Part shown: positions 39,543-49,559 of the stretch, one piece after another | How positions within the stretch are numbered: the first letter of the stretch is position 1 | How the letters are laid out: each line of letters starts with the position of its first letter | Origin: Candidatus Cloacimonadota bacterium | GTDB lineage: Bacteria; Muiribacteriota; UBA6191 | DNA: 64,000 bases | Assembly (NCBI GenBank): GCA_023954715.1 | Contig: JAGSHD010000001.1 | Span: 492,468 to 556,467 of the forward strand | Direction of reading: 5' to 3' | Position numbers and translations under genes: made by a program | The notes under the pieces: model-generated | Database searches by the model: none | The model's input: only the letters and a program-made list of their open reading frames with translations | Told to the model about the DNA's origin: nothing

Positions 39543-41294
39543 ATGCAATTATTGGGCCGTGATGAAGAAATACTCTACTTCAATAGAGAGTTTGCCAATC
39601 CAAATGGGTTTGCAAACCTCGTGTTTGGACTAAGTGGAGTAGGAAAATCCTATTTGGTAAAACATTGGTCCAGAGTGCAATGTACAAAAAACTGCTTAGT
39701 AAGTCATCATAAATGTGCAGATCCGACTCAAGTACCGCAATATTTTATAAAAACTCTTTCTAGCAATCTCATATCCTCATTAAGTGTTGAAGAACACAAC
39801 TTGTTTCTATTTTCACTAAGAGAAAGCATCGGACAAAACTTTCCTATAAATGAGTGGTGCCAAGCATCAAATCAAGATTACCTCAAAGATGGATATATAT
39901 TTATTCAAATTTTAAGGGCTTTAGTGGTTTCTTTGAATAAAAGTATATTGTTAATTATCGATCAGGCTGAAAAATTAAGTGAAGAAAGCCTATATCTTTT
40001 AAAACAAATCGTAGAATGGAAACCCACTTCTATAAGTATAGTGACTTGTGTGACCAGTAAATTCTTAGGAAAAGAAGGTTTTGAAAAAGAGTTTGCTGAA
40101 AAATTTTACTTTAAAGGGCAAACTACAATTGAGTTAAAGGCTATTTCTAGCATTTTTCAAGATAGCTACTTTGAGTTATACGGAATTAGTCAAGAAGTGG
40201 AAGGTTTACATTTTCAAGAATGTGCCCTATATCAAAAACGACTGTGGCTCATGGAGCAACTAACAATCAACCAAGAAATGCAAGAAGCGTTTCTACATCT
40301 AGCAAAGTTCCCCGATGGATTGCAAGAGTCTGAAAACTTTTACTTTGAGTACTTTTATACCCTTTTAGATTCTCTACCTATCTTAGATGAGATACTTCAT
40401 CTTGAAGGTACATTGATTCGTTTTGATGATGATGTGTATGCACAAGATATTCTTGAAAAGTTTACAGATTCAAAGTTTTGTAGTATTCAAAACACTAAAC
40501 ATAAAGACCTTATCAGATATCATTTATATTTTGATCTTCAATCTAATCCATGTCCAAGTGAAGAAGTCTTTTTAAAACTATTGAAAACATATATGAAATG
40601 TTTAGATTTTAGTAATTTAAACCAACTCTCATCTGCATTTGACCAAGAGAGCGTATACTCAGAACATACCCAAAAATATAGTAAGGCCTGTTCTTTGGTC
40701 TCTAATTTATACTTTAACTATTCAGACCAACTCTTTGAAGAGTATCTTGACTATAGCCAAACTTTAGACAAATCAATCAAAAAAGACATGAGTCAGAATA
40801 TCTATCATTTGCTAAAAGTACACAATAAAGAAGTACTTTTTTATAAACATTTTATTTCAACAGACACACTAGATTCAGATAGCAATTTTCTAAAACAAGT
40901 CATCTGGGCTTATGCACTCAATATGAAGCAAACAGACTTCGAAGTCTTTGAATGCTTTGCTGATTTGATCCATGAAAATTTTTATGCAGGCTCTGTAAAA
41001 GTGTGTAATTACTTTCTTTCAGAAAACAAAATACACTCCAAAGAAGAGTTACCTCAAGAGTATCAAACAGAAGCCTTTTATATCTTAGGCCTAGCGTCTA
41101 TGGAAAACTCCAATTTTGTAGAAGCTAAGCAGTATTTTATAAAAGCTGTTCATCAATCTTTATTAGATCAAGACTTTGATCACCTTTCATCAATTTTGAG
41201 TTCTGTATCGGAAGTATGTACAGAACTAAACGACTTTGAAAGCCAACTAGAAAACTACCGCGAAGCTGTAATTGTTGATCAATTCAGTCTATAA
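39543..41294 (+). CDS. AAA_16/STAND-like P-loop NTPase with C-terminal helical (TPR-like) region
   Basis: GRDEEILYFNREF…LVFGLSGVGKSYLV (Walker A preceded by the GRxxE motif typical of AAA_16). LLIIDQAEKL (Walker B). A ~350 aa alpha-helical C-terminal region. No DNA-binding or effector domain recognised. Confidence 0.6.
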   Translation: MQLLGRDEEILYFNREFANPNGFANLVFGLSGVGKSYLVKHWSRVQCTKNCLVSHHKCADPTQVPQYFIKTLSSNLISSLSVEEHNLFLFSLRESIGQNFPINEWCQASNQDYLKDGYIFIQILRALVVSLNKSILLIIDQAEKLSEESLYLLKQIVEWKPTSISIVTCVTSKFLGKEGFEKEFAEKFYFKGQTTIELKAISSIFQDSYFELYGISQEVEGLHFQECALYQKRLWLMEQLTINQEMQEAFLHLAKFPDGLQESENFYFEYFYTLLDSLPILDEILHLEGTLIRFDDDVYAQDILEKFTDSKFCSIQNTKHKDLIRYHLYFDLQSNPCPSEEVFLKLLKTYMKCLDFSNLNQLSSAFDQESVYSEHTQKYSKACSLVSNLYFNYSDQLFEEYLDYSQTLDKSIKKDMSQNIYHLLKVHNKEVLFYKHFISTDTLDSDSNFLKQVIWAYALNMKQTDFEVFECFADLIHENFYAGSVKVCNYFLSENKIHSKEELPQEYQTEAFYILGLASMENSNFVEAKQYFIKAVHQSLLDQDFDHLSSILSSVSEVCTELNDFESQLENYREAVIVDQFSL

Positions 41295-41310
41295 CCACTT
41301 AGGACTCCTT

Positions 41311-43878
41311 ATGAATACATTTCAAAACCTAAAGTCATATCACCTAGAAAACGGAACGAAAGTATATCTTCAACCTGAAACACACCATAATTTGGTGACT
41401 TTTCAGGTTTGGTATGGTGTTGGCGCACGATTTGAGTCCCCCAAAAATTATGGTGTTTCACACTTTATTGAACATCTGTTTTTTAAAGGCACTAAAAAGT
41501 ACGGCCCTGGAATCATCGATAAAAAGTTAAACGAAATCGGAGCATTTAATAATGCCGCTACTTCAAAAGACTATACCTTCTACTATACTTTTGGTGTGGC
41601 TGATAAGTTTGAAGAAATGTTTGAAATTCAATCAGAAATGTTAATTAACCCAAGTTTTGATCCAGATGAAATCGACAAAGAACGTAAAGTAGTTATAGCT
41701 GAAATTAATAGAGCCAATGATACTCCAGAAAGAATCTTCTATTACCACCTAATGGATCAATTGTATCAATCTCATCCCTATTCTAAACCAGTTCTTGGTT
41801 TTGAAAATATTATAGAAAATATATCTAGAGAAGACATCGTTGAATATCACCAGAGCCATTATCACCCTAACAACACAAATATTGTACTTGTAGGTAACTT
41901 CGATGAAGCCAAAGCTAGATCAATGATTGAAAGTACCTTTGGTAAAATTGCTAATGAGGGCTATCCTGTTGCTAAAACTAAAATGGCTGTGATGCCTGAG
42001 CCTTCTAAAAAAACATACTACTCAAAGATCAAAAGAAACCTTTCTAATTTCGCTTTTATGGGACCAGATGGTAATCAAATTAAAGATATTGTAGCCCTAG
42101 ATTTACTATCTACTATTTTAACGGATGGTAAAAGTTCTAGATGGACAAAGCACTTCAAAGAAGACCTAAATCTTGTAGAGGCTCTGTCTTTTTCCCATTA
42201 TACTTCCCATGATAAAGCCCCTATCTTGATATACGCTAGAGTTAAGGACAATCAATGGCTAGAATATCACAAAGAAATGAAAATCTGCTTAGATAAATTA
42301 AGAAAGTTTTATGTCAGCCGTGAAGAGCTCCACCTAGCAAAACAATACGAGTTAAATCAAAGTCAATATTATTGGCAAAAGATGAGAAATAGAGCCCAAT
42401 CTATTGGCTTTTATGCTTCCATGGATCAGGTAGATGTAATCAAAAATCACAAAACCCTTATTTCAAGTATCACGCAAGAGGATATTATACGAGTAATTGA
42501 AAAATATCTCAGTAGTGAGCCAATTTTAACGCAGATGTTACCTGAAGAGTCTCAAGTAGAGCCACAAACATCTCAAGAAGAAATTCACCCTCTTAAATAT
42601 ACAACAAAAGAAATCTCTACTAATATTACTCACATTCAGTTCGACTCCGGTTTACAGCTTGTATTCAACCAAGATAAATCATCTGAAATTTGCCTTGCTA
42701 ACTTAACTCTAAATAACTTATCTGAGTTCACTAATCGCTTTCCACCTGGGACCTGCTATTTAATGCAAAAGCTTCTATCAAGAGGTACAAGCAGCGCTTC
42801 TCAAGAAAAAATAGCTCAAAGTATGGATCTTTTAGGTGCAAAATATTCAACAATTGCCCCTGCTTCACAAAGTAGAAAAGACACTTATCGAAATCAGCTA
42901 TTAGCTCCACAAAATTCATTCTGGGAAGCATTCAGCACCTTTTGTAGTTTTTTCACTGACGCTAGTTTTCCTGAATCGGAGATACAAAAGTCTAAAGAAA
43001 ATATCCTACAAGAAATTAAAGCAATGCCAGATGCCTTATCAAGTTATTGCATGTATCACCTGTTACAAAACTTTTTTGAAGGCCATCCTTATGAAACACC
43101 TTTCATCGGAACCTCTGAATCAGTATCCCAACTATCTAGAAAAGATATAAACGATTTATATAGTGTCATGTACAATCCACAAAATATGACACTTTTTATT
43201 GGTGGTAACTTCACTTTAGAAGAAGTCATAGAGAAAGCACATCAATTTTTAAACAAAAAGTTGGGAGGACTAAATTACTCTTTAGGTGAGCTAAAAGTAC
43301 CAAATACTTTTGTTTCTAAAAGAGAAAATACTATTGATAGTGTTAGTAGTACCAAAGAGCAATCATATCTCATGCCAGCCTGGCTTGTACCTGGTATACA
43401 GTCTGAGCAATATCCAACAGCATTATTAATCAATGAGATTTTAGGCGGTGGAATGTCTAGTCGATTCTTTCATAATATGAGAGACGAAAAGAGCTATGGT
43501 TACGAAATCGGTTCAAGCTACATTAGTTATAAAAATTATGGAGTTATTTTTGCATATCTAGGTACAGACCCTCATCGGGTGAATGATGCAAGTGAAGACT
43601 TTAAAAAAGAAGTTAGATCTATACAACAGGAGGGAGTGAGTATTGCTGAATTAGGCAAAGCTAAACAACTTCTTCTCTCCAAAAAAGAGCTCTCTCAAGA
43701 AACTATGAGTGATAGACTCTCTTCTTTTGCTAATCTTTTCACCAAAGGAATGTCGGTAACTCAAATACAAAATTACAAACAAAACCTCTTAAATGTAACG
43801 CCAAAAATGATTCAGTCTTTTGCCAAAGAACACCTAGTTAATCCATTTGAACAACGAGTAGAACCAAAAAAACAGTAA
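41311..43878 (+). CDS. Two-domain M16 (pitrilysin) family zinc peptidase
   Basis: The inverted zinc motif HFIEHLFFKGT (HxxEH) is in the N-terminal half, and the second half is also M16-like. Start set at the ATG at 41311 after AGGA (MNTFQNLKSY…), 16 nt after the upstream stop. No signal peptide. Confidence 0.85.
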   Translation: MNTFQNLKSYHLENGTKVYLQPETHHNLVTFQVWYGVGARFESPKNYGVSHFIEHLFFKGTKKYGPGIIDKKLNEIGAFNNAATSKDYTFYYTFGVADKFEEMFEIQSEMLINPSFDPDEIDKERKVVIAEINRANDTPERIFYYHLMDQLYQSHPYSKPVLGFENIIENISREDIVEYHQSHYHPNNTNIVLVGNFDEAKARSMIESTFGKIANEGYPVAKTKMAVMPEPSKKTYYSKIKRNLSNFAFMGPDGNQIKDIVALDLLSTILTDGKSSRWTKHFKEDLNLVEALSFSHYTSHDKAPILIYARVKDNQWLEYHKEMKICLDKLRKFYVSREELHLAKQYELNQSQYYWQKMRNRAQSIGFYASMDQVDVIKNHKTLISSITQEDIIRVIEKYLSSEPILTQMLPEESQVEPQTSQEEIHPLKYTTKEISTNITHIQFDSGLQLVFNQDKSSEICLANLTLNNLSEFTNRFPPGTCYLMQKLLSRGTSSASQEKIAQSMDLLGAKYSTIAPASQSRKDTYRNQLLAPQNSFWEAFSTFCSFFTDASFPESEIQKSKENILQEIKAMPDALSSYCMYHLLQNFFEGHPYETPFIGTSESVSQLSRKDINDLYSVMYNPQNMTLFIGGNFTLEEVIEKAHQFLNKKLGGLNYSLGELKVPNTFVSKRENTIDSVSSTKEQSYLMPAWLVPGIQSEQYPTALLINEILGGGMSSRFFHNMRDEKSYGYEIGSSYISYKNYGVIFAYLGTDPHRVNDASEDFKKEVRSIQQEGVSIAELGKAKQLLLSKKELSQETMSDRLSSFANLFTKGMSVTQIQNYKQNLLNVTPKMIQSFAKEHLVNPFEQRVEPKKQ

Positions 43879-43997
43879 GCTTTTGAGTTTTATTTGGAGC
43901 TTCACCAATCAAACTCATACAAAAATTTATGAATCACTTATGATTTTTGCATGATTGGTCGACAAATATTATAGGATAATTTTCTAATGAGGTTCCA

Positions 43998-44510
43998 ATG
44001 AGTTTAAAAAATATAAGTATCGTTATTTTAATTTTAACATTTTGTAATACAATTTTTTCTTATCCTTATGCATTAAGAAGAGAAATGAAAACGTATTACA
44101 TAGATGATATCTGGTCAGAAGAAATGTTTATCGAACCAGTCAAAGCTTTCGTACAAGACGAATTTGCTAGATATGGTTATCGTCATACTCCTTACAAAGA
44201 TGATGCGGACGTTAGAATACATATTACGATTCATTCTGTAAAAAATAAACCTGATAATATTAAGCCTTTTCTAATTTGGCCAGTTACCGGGCATCAGCGT
44301 AACGTGGGTGAAGCTAGAATATCAGCTAGAATTATAGATAACGAGACAAACAAAGAAGTTTGGGCAAACTCCATTAAGGGTAGATCTATTCAAAGCTTGA
44401 TTTTAGGATGGACATCACGACCACGCAAAGCAAGAATGAGAGCTTTTTATAAATCCATGGGTTTAGTCTTCGATCCATTCTTTGTGCACGACATGCCTTT
44501 GTTTGACTAA
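43998..44510 (+). CDS. Hypothetical secreted protein (170 aa)
   Basis: Signal peptide MSLKNISIVILILTFCNTIFSYPYA. Followed by a terminator. Confidence 0.5.
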   Translation: MSLKNISIVILILTFCNTIFSYPYALRREMKTYYIDDIWSEEMFIEPVKAFVQDEFARYGYRHTPYKDDADVRIHITIHSVKNKPDNIKPFLIWPVTGHQRNVGEARISARIIDNETNKEVWANSIKGRSIQSLILGWTSRPRKARMRAFYKSMGLVFDPFFVHDMPLFD

Positions 44511-44526
44511 AATACATTTAAAAATC

Positions 44527-44557
44527 TAACCACTCTGATTTGAGTGGTTTTTTTTAT
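44527..44557 (+). terminator. Rho-independent terminator
   Basis: AACCACTC-tgattt-GAGTGGTT followed by TTTTTTT. Confidence 0.65.
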
Positions 44558-44682
44558 TCCTAAAAAACATTAGTACTTACATATTTTATCAATACAACCC
44601 AAGCTATGTTAAAATAGTTTTAGTAAATTGTAGCTACCCTTTTGGTACAAAATAAAAATTAAATAATTTTGAGGTCTTCAAT

Positions 44683-45157
44683 ATGGATAAGAAAAAATCT
44701 CCCCAAGATGATAACAACCCAGTATCAATTCTTGGAAAAATAGACAATGATAATGCTTTTCGAGTTAAAATGGCTGAACATAATTTAAACTTTCCACCCG
44801 TTGACGATACAGTCCCTAGTTTACTAAACATGGCGTTGTGCTTTACCTCTTGTAAATGGGGTCAAGGAGAGTGTGGCCATCAGTTAATGGAAAACCTCTT
44901 AGTTACTTTTTCAGAGTCTTTAGTTAAACCCAAATACTTTATTTTCATGGATAGCGCTATCTACTTAGCTACCCAAAACACCCCCGTTGAAAGCGTCAAT
45001 TTTCTGAAGAAAATCGAACAGTCTGGAGCCAAAATTTTGCTAAATCATTCTTCCGTGACCCAATATGGACAATTGGCTTCCATAGAAGTTGGCGAAGTGG
45101 TAAAATTTATGGAAATCGCTCAGATCATGATATCAGCTGATCGATTTATAAACTTTT

Positions 45158-45159
<2 letters not shown>
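44683..45159 (+). CDS. Hypothetical protein, possibly DsrE/YchN-fold
   Basis: The YFIFMDSAIYLA…KILLNHSSV pattern resembles the DsrE/TusD family; this is tentative. Its stop codon overlaps the first bases of the tRNA. Confidence 0.45.
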
Positions 45160-45231
<72 letters not shown>

Positions 45232-45367
45232 CTATATGGCTTCTCTTGATTGTGCTATTATTTCAATATTACAATCAAGCGAAGCCTTTTTTACGTACCA
45301 ATAAAGTTTAACTAGCTAGATACCTTATCATATAAACCACTTCAAAAATATTTATGGACTTATAGCA

Positions 45368-45404
45368 CCAAAAAAAGAAAAACCCCTCGTAAAACGAAGG
45401 GTTT
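45368..45404 (-). terminator. Rho-independent terminator (for NERD gene)
   Basis: On the minus strand: AAACCCTTCG-tttta-CGAGGGGTTT followed by TTTCTTTTTTT. Confidence 0.65.
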
Positions 45405-45417
45405 AATAGAGTTTAAA

Positions 45418-46041
45418 TCAGTGAGCAAAAGATTGATCTATTAACTTTTGAAGCTCTCTTAACTGTCTAGTTGTTAAAGGAACTTTCGCTGTCAATGTAT
45501 CAACATATCTCTCTAGCTCATGTAAATGTAAAACTGGATACTTTTCTTTTCCTAGTTGGAGCTCTGCATCATGATTTGAAAATACAACTACAGGAAGAGT
45601 ATCTACTTTTACCCCTTTGTCTAACATCATAGCTTCAAAAACACGACGTGTTCTATCGATTTGAACAATAGGGCTTTTAAAATCACGTGGATACGCTTTA
45701 CCACTTTCTGATAATTTGATCTGACACCAACCATCTTTTTTTGCTACAATTTTACCTCTGATGTTTTTTGTCTCAATCAAAATAATTCCCTGATGAGTTA
45801 ATAACAAATGATCAATCTCAAAAGTTTTTCTATCAAATCTTGAGGTTAACCCATGATACACTCCAAACACATCTTCTAGATTATCAAGATAGTCACTTAC
45901 TAACTTTTCTCCATAATCCCCAAATTGTTTGATTTTTCGTAATCGTCTCCACTCGACGATCTGTTCTGCATACGTTAAATATAATATATACAAAAACTGC
46001 AATAATATAATGAATACCAACAGTACACTTGTATTTGACAT
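45418..46041 (-). CDS. NERD (nuclease-related domain) protein with N-terminal TM segment
   Basis: …YGEKLVSDYL…FEIDHLLLTHQGIILIETKNIRGKI… matches the NERD core (G.xGE…EIDhlli…GifviEtKn.sG). N-terminal hydrophobic helix. Confidence 0.78.
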   Translation of the reverse strand: MSNTSVLLVFIILLQFLYILYLTYAEQIVEWRRLRKIKQFGDYGEKLVSDYLDNLEDVFGVYHGLTSRFDRKTFEIDHLLLTHQGIILIETKNIRGKIVAKKDGWCQIKLSESGKAYPRDFKSPIVQIDRTRRVFEAMMLDKGVKVDTLPVVVFSNHDAELQLGKEKYPVLHLHELERYVDTLTAKVPLTTRQLRELQKLIDQSFAH

Positions 46042-46062
46042 TCGTTGTCCTAACCTGGAAGG

Positions 46063-47556
46063 TTAATTGTTTTGTACCAACTTTTGTAAACCAGCTTCGC
46101 TTAGTTCCCAAAGCTGTCCTTTAGGCGTGTCCATCACGCTTATTCCTAAAGAGTCTAGCTCTTGCCTTAATCTATCCGATTCGTCATAATCTTTATTAGA
46201 ACGAGCTTCTCCTCGCTTTTTTAAAGTCGACTCTACTTGCTCAATAGTTAAACCAAGTTTTTCAAAATATCTGTTGTGTATCTGTGAAAAGAATTCAGAA
46301 GTACTTCTCTGGCACAACTCAAGAACCTCTAGCATAGGAGCTAAAGTATCAATATATGTTTTTAAAGTGAATATTTTAAATTTTTGCTTAACACCTTTAA
46401 GCTCTAAAACTTCGTTTATAGAAGCAAAACCTTCGTTTATTGCAACCATCGCTTTAGGAATATTAAAATCATCATGCATAGCTACGTCAAAGTTATCTCG
46501 GATACTTTGAGGATGAAAACCTTCCAGTAATTTTTCATCATACTTGCTAGCTGCATCAAGTAGTTCGTTTGCGCTACTCAATGTTCTGTTATAGTAGTAT
46601 AATTTTTTTAACCCTATACCAAAGGTCTTTTCATTAAAGTCGATATTTGATGAATAGTGATTTTGATACACATTCCATCGAATCAACTCATAGTCATATA
46701 GTTTTAACGCATCTTCAATCGTTAAAAAATTGCCTGTAGATTTCGACATTTTCTTTTTTTCTACTGTAAGAAGTCCTGTATGAATCCAGTAGTTTGCATA
46801 ATTACAACCACTTCGCCCTTCTGATTGAGCTATCTCATTTTCATGATGAGGAAATACTAAGTCACGACCTCCTCCATGGATATCAAAAGTATATCCTAAA
46901 AATTGAGATGCCATAACTGAACATTCTATGTGCCAACCTGGTCTACCTTCACCAAAAGGACTGCTCCAATATGCCCCTTCTTTCTTCTCCGACTTCCAAA
47001 GTGCAAAATCTAAAGCATCTTCTTTGTTATCCTCACCATCAACTCGTACATTACATTGCAATGCATCTAAGTTTTGATTAGAAAGTTTTCCGTAATCTGA
47101 CTTTTTTCGTACTCTATAATATACATCACCATCTTCGGTAGCATAAGCAAAACCTTTATCCATTAAATCCTGAATAAAAGCTATAATTTCTGAAATAAAG
47201 TCAGATACTTTTGGTTGATGAGTTGCAGGTCGTACTCGTAAAGCATCCAAATCATCAATTGAACTTTGAATCATTTTTGAAGACAGCTCTAATGGAGTAA
47301 TGCCTAACTCTTCTGCTCTAGCAATGATTTTGTCATCTACGTCAGTGAAATTACGCACATAAGTAACGTCGTAACCACTTAATCCAAGATATCTAACAAT
47401 AGTGTCAAACAATATCGCTTGCATGGCATGCCCGATGTGACATTTATCATAAACTGTTACTCCGCAAGCATAGATACCAATTTTACCATCTTCTAATGGT
47501 TTAAAGAGCTCTTTTTTTCCAGACAAAGTATTGCTTATTTTTAAATCAAGGGACAT
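46063..47556 (-). CDS. cysS: Cysteine--tRNA ligase
   Basis: Class I aaRS motifs HIGH (CHIGHA) and KMSKS (KMSKSTGN), plus CysRS-specific zinc-ligand Cys residues. 497 aa. Confidence 0.93.
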   Translation of the reverse strand: MSLDLKISNTLSGKKELFKPLEDGKIGIYACGVTVYDKCHIGHAMQAILFDTIVRYLGLSGYDVTYVRNFTDVDDKIIARAEELGITPLELSSKMIQSSIDDLDALRVRPATHQPKVSDFISEIIAFIQDLMDKGFAYATEDGDVYYRVRKKSDYGKLSNQNLDALQCNVRVDGEDNKEDALDFALWKSEKKEGAYWSSPFGEGRPGWHIECSVMASQFLGYTFDIHGGGRDLVFPHHENEIAQSEGRSGCNYANYWIHTGLLTVEKKKMSKSTGNFLTIEDALKLYDYELIRWNVYQNHYSSNIDFNEKTFGIGLKKLYYYNRTLSSANELLDAASKYDEKLLEGFHPQSIRDNFDVAMHDDFNIPKAMVAINEGFASINEVLELKGVKQKFKIFTLKTYIDTLAPMLEVLELCQRSTSEFFSQIHNRYFEKLGLTIEQVESTLKKRGEARSNKDYDESDRLRQELDSLGISVMDTPKGQLWELSEAGLQKLVQNN

Positions 47557-47659
47557 AATATCTCCAATAAAATAGAGTAAAACTGCTTGCCATACTATTT
47601 AATGACTTGCTAGTTATAAGGGATTGTATCTAATATTGACTTTGAAGACGTCAATATCA

Positions 47660-47691
47660 AAAAAAAAAGCCTGCTATAATGCAAGCCTAGT
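47660..47691 (-). terminator. Putative rho-independent terminator
   Basis: On the minus strand: GCUUGC-auuaua-GCAGGC (contains one G·U pair) followed by a 10-U run. Confidence 0.5.
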
Positions 47692-47708
47692 TCGATATAT
47701 AAAATAGA

Positions 47709-47939
47709 TTAATACTCTATAATATCCTCAACAATTTTGTAGGCATTATGGTTTACGAGAGTTTTCACATCGTACCATGCAATCTGCTCACAATTTGCAT
47801 CAGATACTGCTTCGTATCTCTCACCTTTGGATAAAACTTCAAAACCAATTTTAAATCCACCAACTGTTTTCAGAACCCAAGTCTTTGCTGTGCAAACCTT
47901 GCCTTCTTCATCTCTTACCTGCATTCTTTTGACTGCCAT
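47709..47939 (-). CDS. Small hypothetical protein (76 aa)
   Basis: Compact ORF with a terminator downstream. No recognisable motif. Confidence 0.4.
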   Translation of the reverse strand: MAVKRMQVRDEEGKVCTAKTWVLKTVGGFKIGFEVLSKGERYEAVSDANCEQIAWYDVKTLVNHNAYKIVEDIIEY

Positions 47940-48127
47940 GATATTCTCCGCTCCATATTATGAGATCATTTCTCGTCATAAAATACCTTAAAACGAATGA
48001 AATTTAAAGAGATTTCTCAATTGTTTTTAGCTATTTTACAAAAATATGCGTAAATAGGCTGTTTTATGTAGATAATATGACAATTTTAAGGGTAAATTAA
48101 ACCAGACTATACGAATGAAACAGTGGT

Positions 48128-48613
48128 TTATACAAAGTTTAAAGCAAGATTCACGTCAATAGTCCCAAACTCTAATATCAAGGGAGCCAATATATTTTGA
48201 TGTGAAAAACTATCCGTTACAGTTACGCCTTGTCCTTCAAAAACACTCGGAGGAGTAATATTCAAGTCATACCCCTGCTCCATCAATTTTGAAACTGCTT
48301 TACCACTCACCATATTACCAAGCTCACCTAAACTAGAACGAACCAATTCATTGGATTCGTTTATCTCTTCAAAGTTCATCAAACTTGCCAATTTTAACGC
48401 TACAGGAATCGGCATGTCTAAAATTACTCTGCCCTCTATTACACCAGTAACACCAATAATGACAGACAAACCAGTGGATTTAAACTCTGGGGAACTTGTT
48501 AAAGATAGTTTGCCTTTTTTGACTGTTGAACCAGACATTTCTGAAATAATTTCATAAGAAGAAGAAAAAAACGGATTCAATATTTTTACATCTACTGCAT
48601 TGGACATGTTCAC
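48128..48613 (-). CDS. CheX-like chemotaxis phosphatase
   Basis: LGELGNMVSG…ITPPSVFEG pattern matches the CheX family (ELxNMI.G … sPP.v). Confidence 0.65.
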   Translation of the reverse strand: MNMSNAVDVKILNPFFSSSYEIISEMSGSTVKKGKLSLTSSPEFKSTGLSVIIGVTGVIEGRVILDMPIPVALKLASLMNFEEINESNELVRSSLGELGNMVSGKAVSKLMEQGYDLNITPPSVFEGQGVTVTDSFSHQNILAPLILEFGTIDVNLALNFV

Positions 48614-49143
48614 CTCGGTAAGCTCAATAGTTTTTGTAATTGAGAAACATCATCTACCCATTCGATCAAATCTAACACAGATTCATCGATGACTCCAAGC
48701 TTTCGCAAAGAGTTAGTAGCATCTAAAAAAGTTTTTTTCCAAACATAAAGCTTTTGATGTGCTTCTCCCACTTTAAAGAGTGTCAATACCATAGCAAGTT
48801 CGTTGAGCGTGCCTAGGTTTCCAGGCATAACAACAAAAATAGATGCATTATCTACCATGACTTGAATACGCTGAATGATATTAGGGGCATTGATCTCGTC
48901 TGTAATGTAGGGATTAGCTCCCTCTGGCCTAAATGTAAATGTTTTAGATGTTACACCATAAACCTTAGCTGAGCCATTAGAAGAACCTACAGATACAGCT
49001 TCCATTACTCCGCCATATCCTCCTGTCATTACATCATAATTTAACTGGGCTAACACTTCGCCACATTGTACAGCTTCAAGATATTCACTTGAGTCCACCT
49101 CAATGGATGAACTACCAAAGACAACTGCTATCTGTTTTGACAT
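48610..49143 (-). CDS. LOG-family (TIGR00730) Rossmann-fold nucleotide-binding protein
   Basis: VVFGSSS, TGGYGGVMEAV and MPGNLGTLNEL (PGGxGTxxE) are hallmark LOG motifs. Overlaps the CheX start by 4 nt. Confidence 0.8.
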   Translation of the reverse strand: MSKQIAVVFGSSSIEVDSSEYLEAVQCGEVLAQLNYDVMTGGYGGVMEAVSVGSSNGSAKVYGVTSKTFTFRPEGANPYITDEINAPNIIQRIQVMVDNASIFVVMPGNLGTLNELAMVLTLFKVGEAHQKLYVWKKTFLDATNSLRKLGVIDESVLDLIEWVDDVSQLQKLLSLPR

Positions 49144-49145
49144 AG

Positions 49146-49541
49146 CTACCTTATTTTTTCAAAACCTAGTTGAGCGAGCTTTTCTTTAATAATATTTTGT
49201 CTAATCGGTTTCGTCAAGAAAACCTGACACCCTCCTCGATAAGAGTCGAAAAAATTATCTGGATCATAAGAGCTAGTGATCATTATAATCTTAGTTTTTT
49301 CGTCTTCTGATTTATCTATTTCGTTAGCTTGGATCTGCTTTAAAATCTCTAGGCCTGAAATATCAGGCATCATTACATCTAGATACACTAGATCAAAAGG
49401 CTCATTTTTTTCTATGGCTTCTTTGTAGGTCGGGATTGCTTTCGTACCTTCAGTTACAATCGTAGCCTCACCATAATCAGATAAAAACTCAGTTAAAATT
49501 TCGCAAATAAACTCTTCATCATCAACAATCAATATTTTCAT
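49146..49541 (-). CDS. Single-domain response regulator (CheY-like receiver)
   Basis: MKILIVDDEEF… The phospho-acceptor region is LVYLDVMMPDISGLE. A conserved Lys is present near the C-terminus. Confidence 0.85.
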   Translation of the reverse strand: MKILIVDDEEFICEILTEFLSDYGEATIVTEGTKAIPTYKEAIEKNEPFDLVYLDVMMPDISGLEILKQIQANEIDKSEDEKTKIIMITSSYDPDNFFDSYRGGCQVFLTKPIRQNIIKEKLAQLGFEKIR

Positions 49542-49559
49542 GATATACTCCCCTTCCTT

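Noticed and set aside
44634-44831. 65 aa minus-strand ORF overlapping the DsrE-like gene start
   Set aside because: It overlaps a terminator and the 5' end of a plus-strand gene; no RBS.
45893-46111. 72 aa minus-strand ORF spanning the NERD/cysS junction
   Set aside because: It overlaps both annotated genes out of frame; a shadow ORF.
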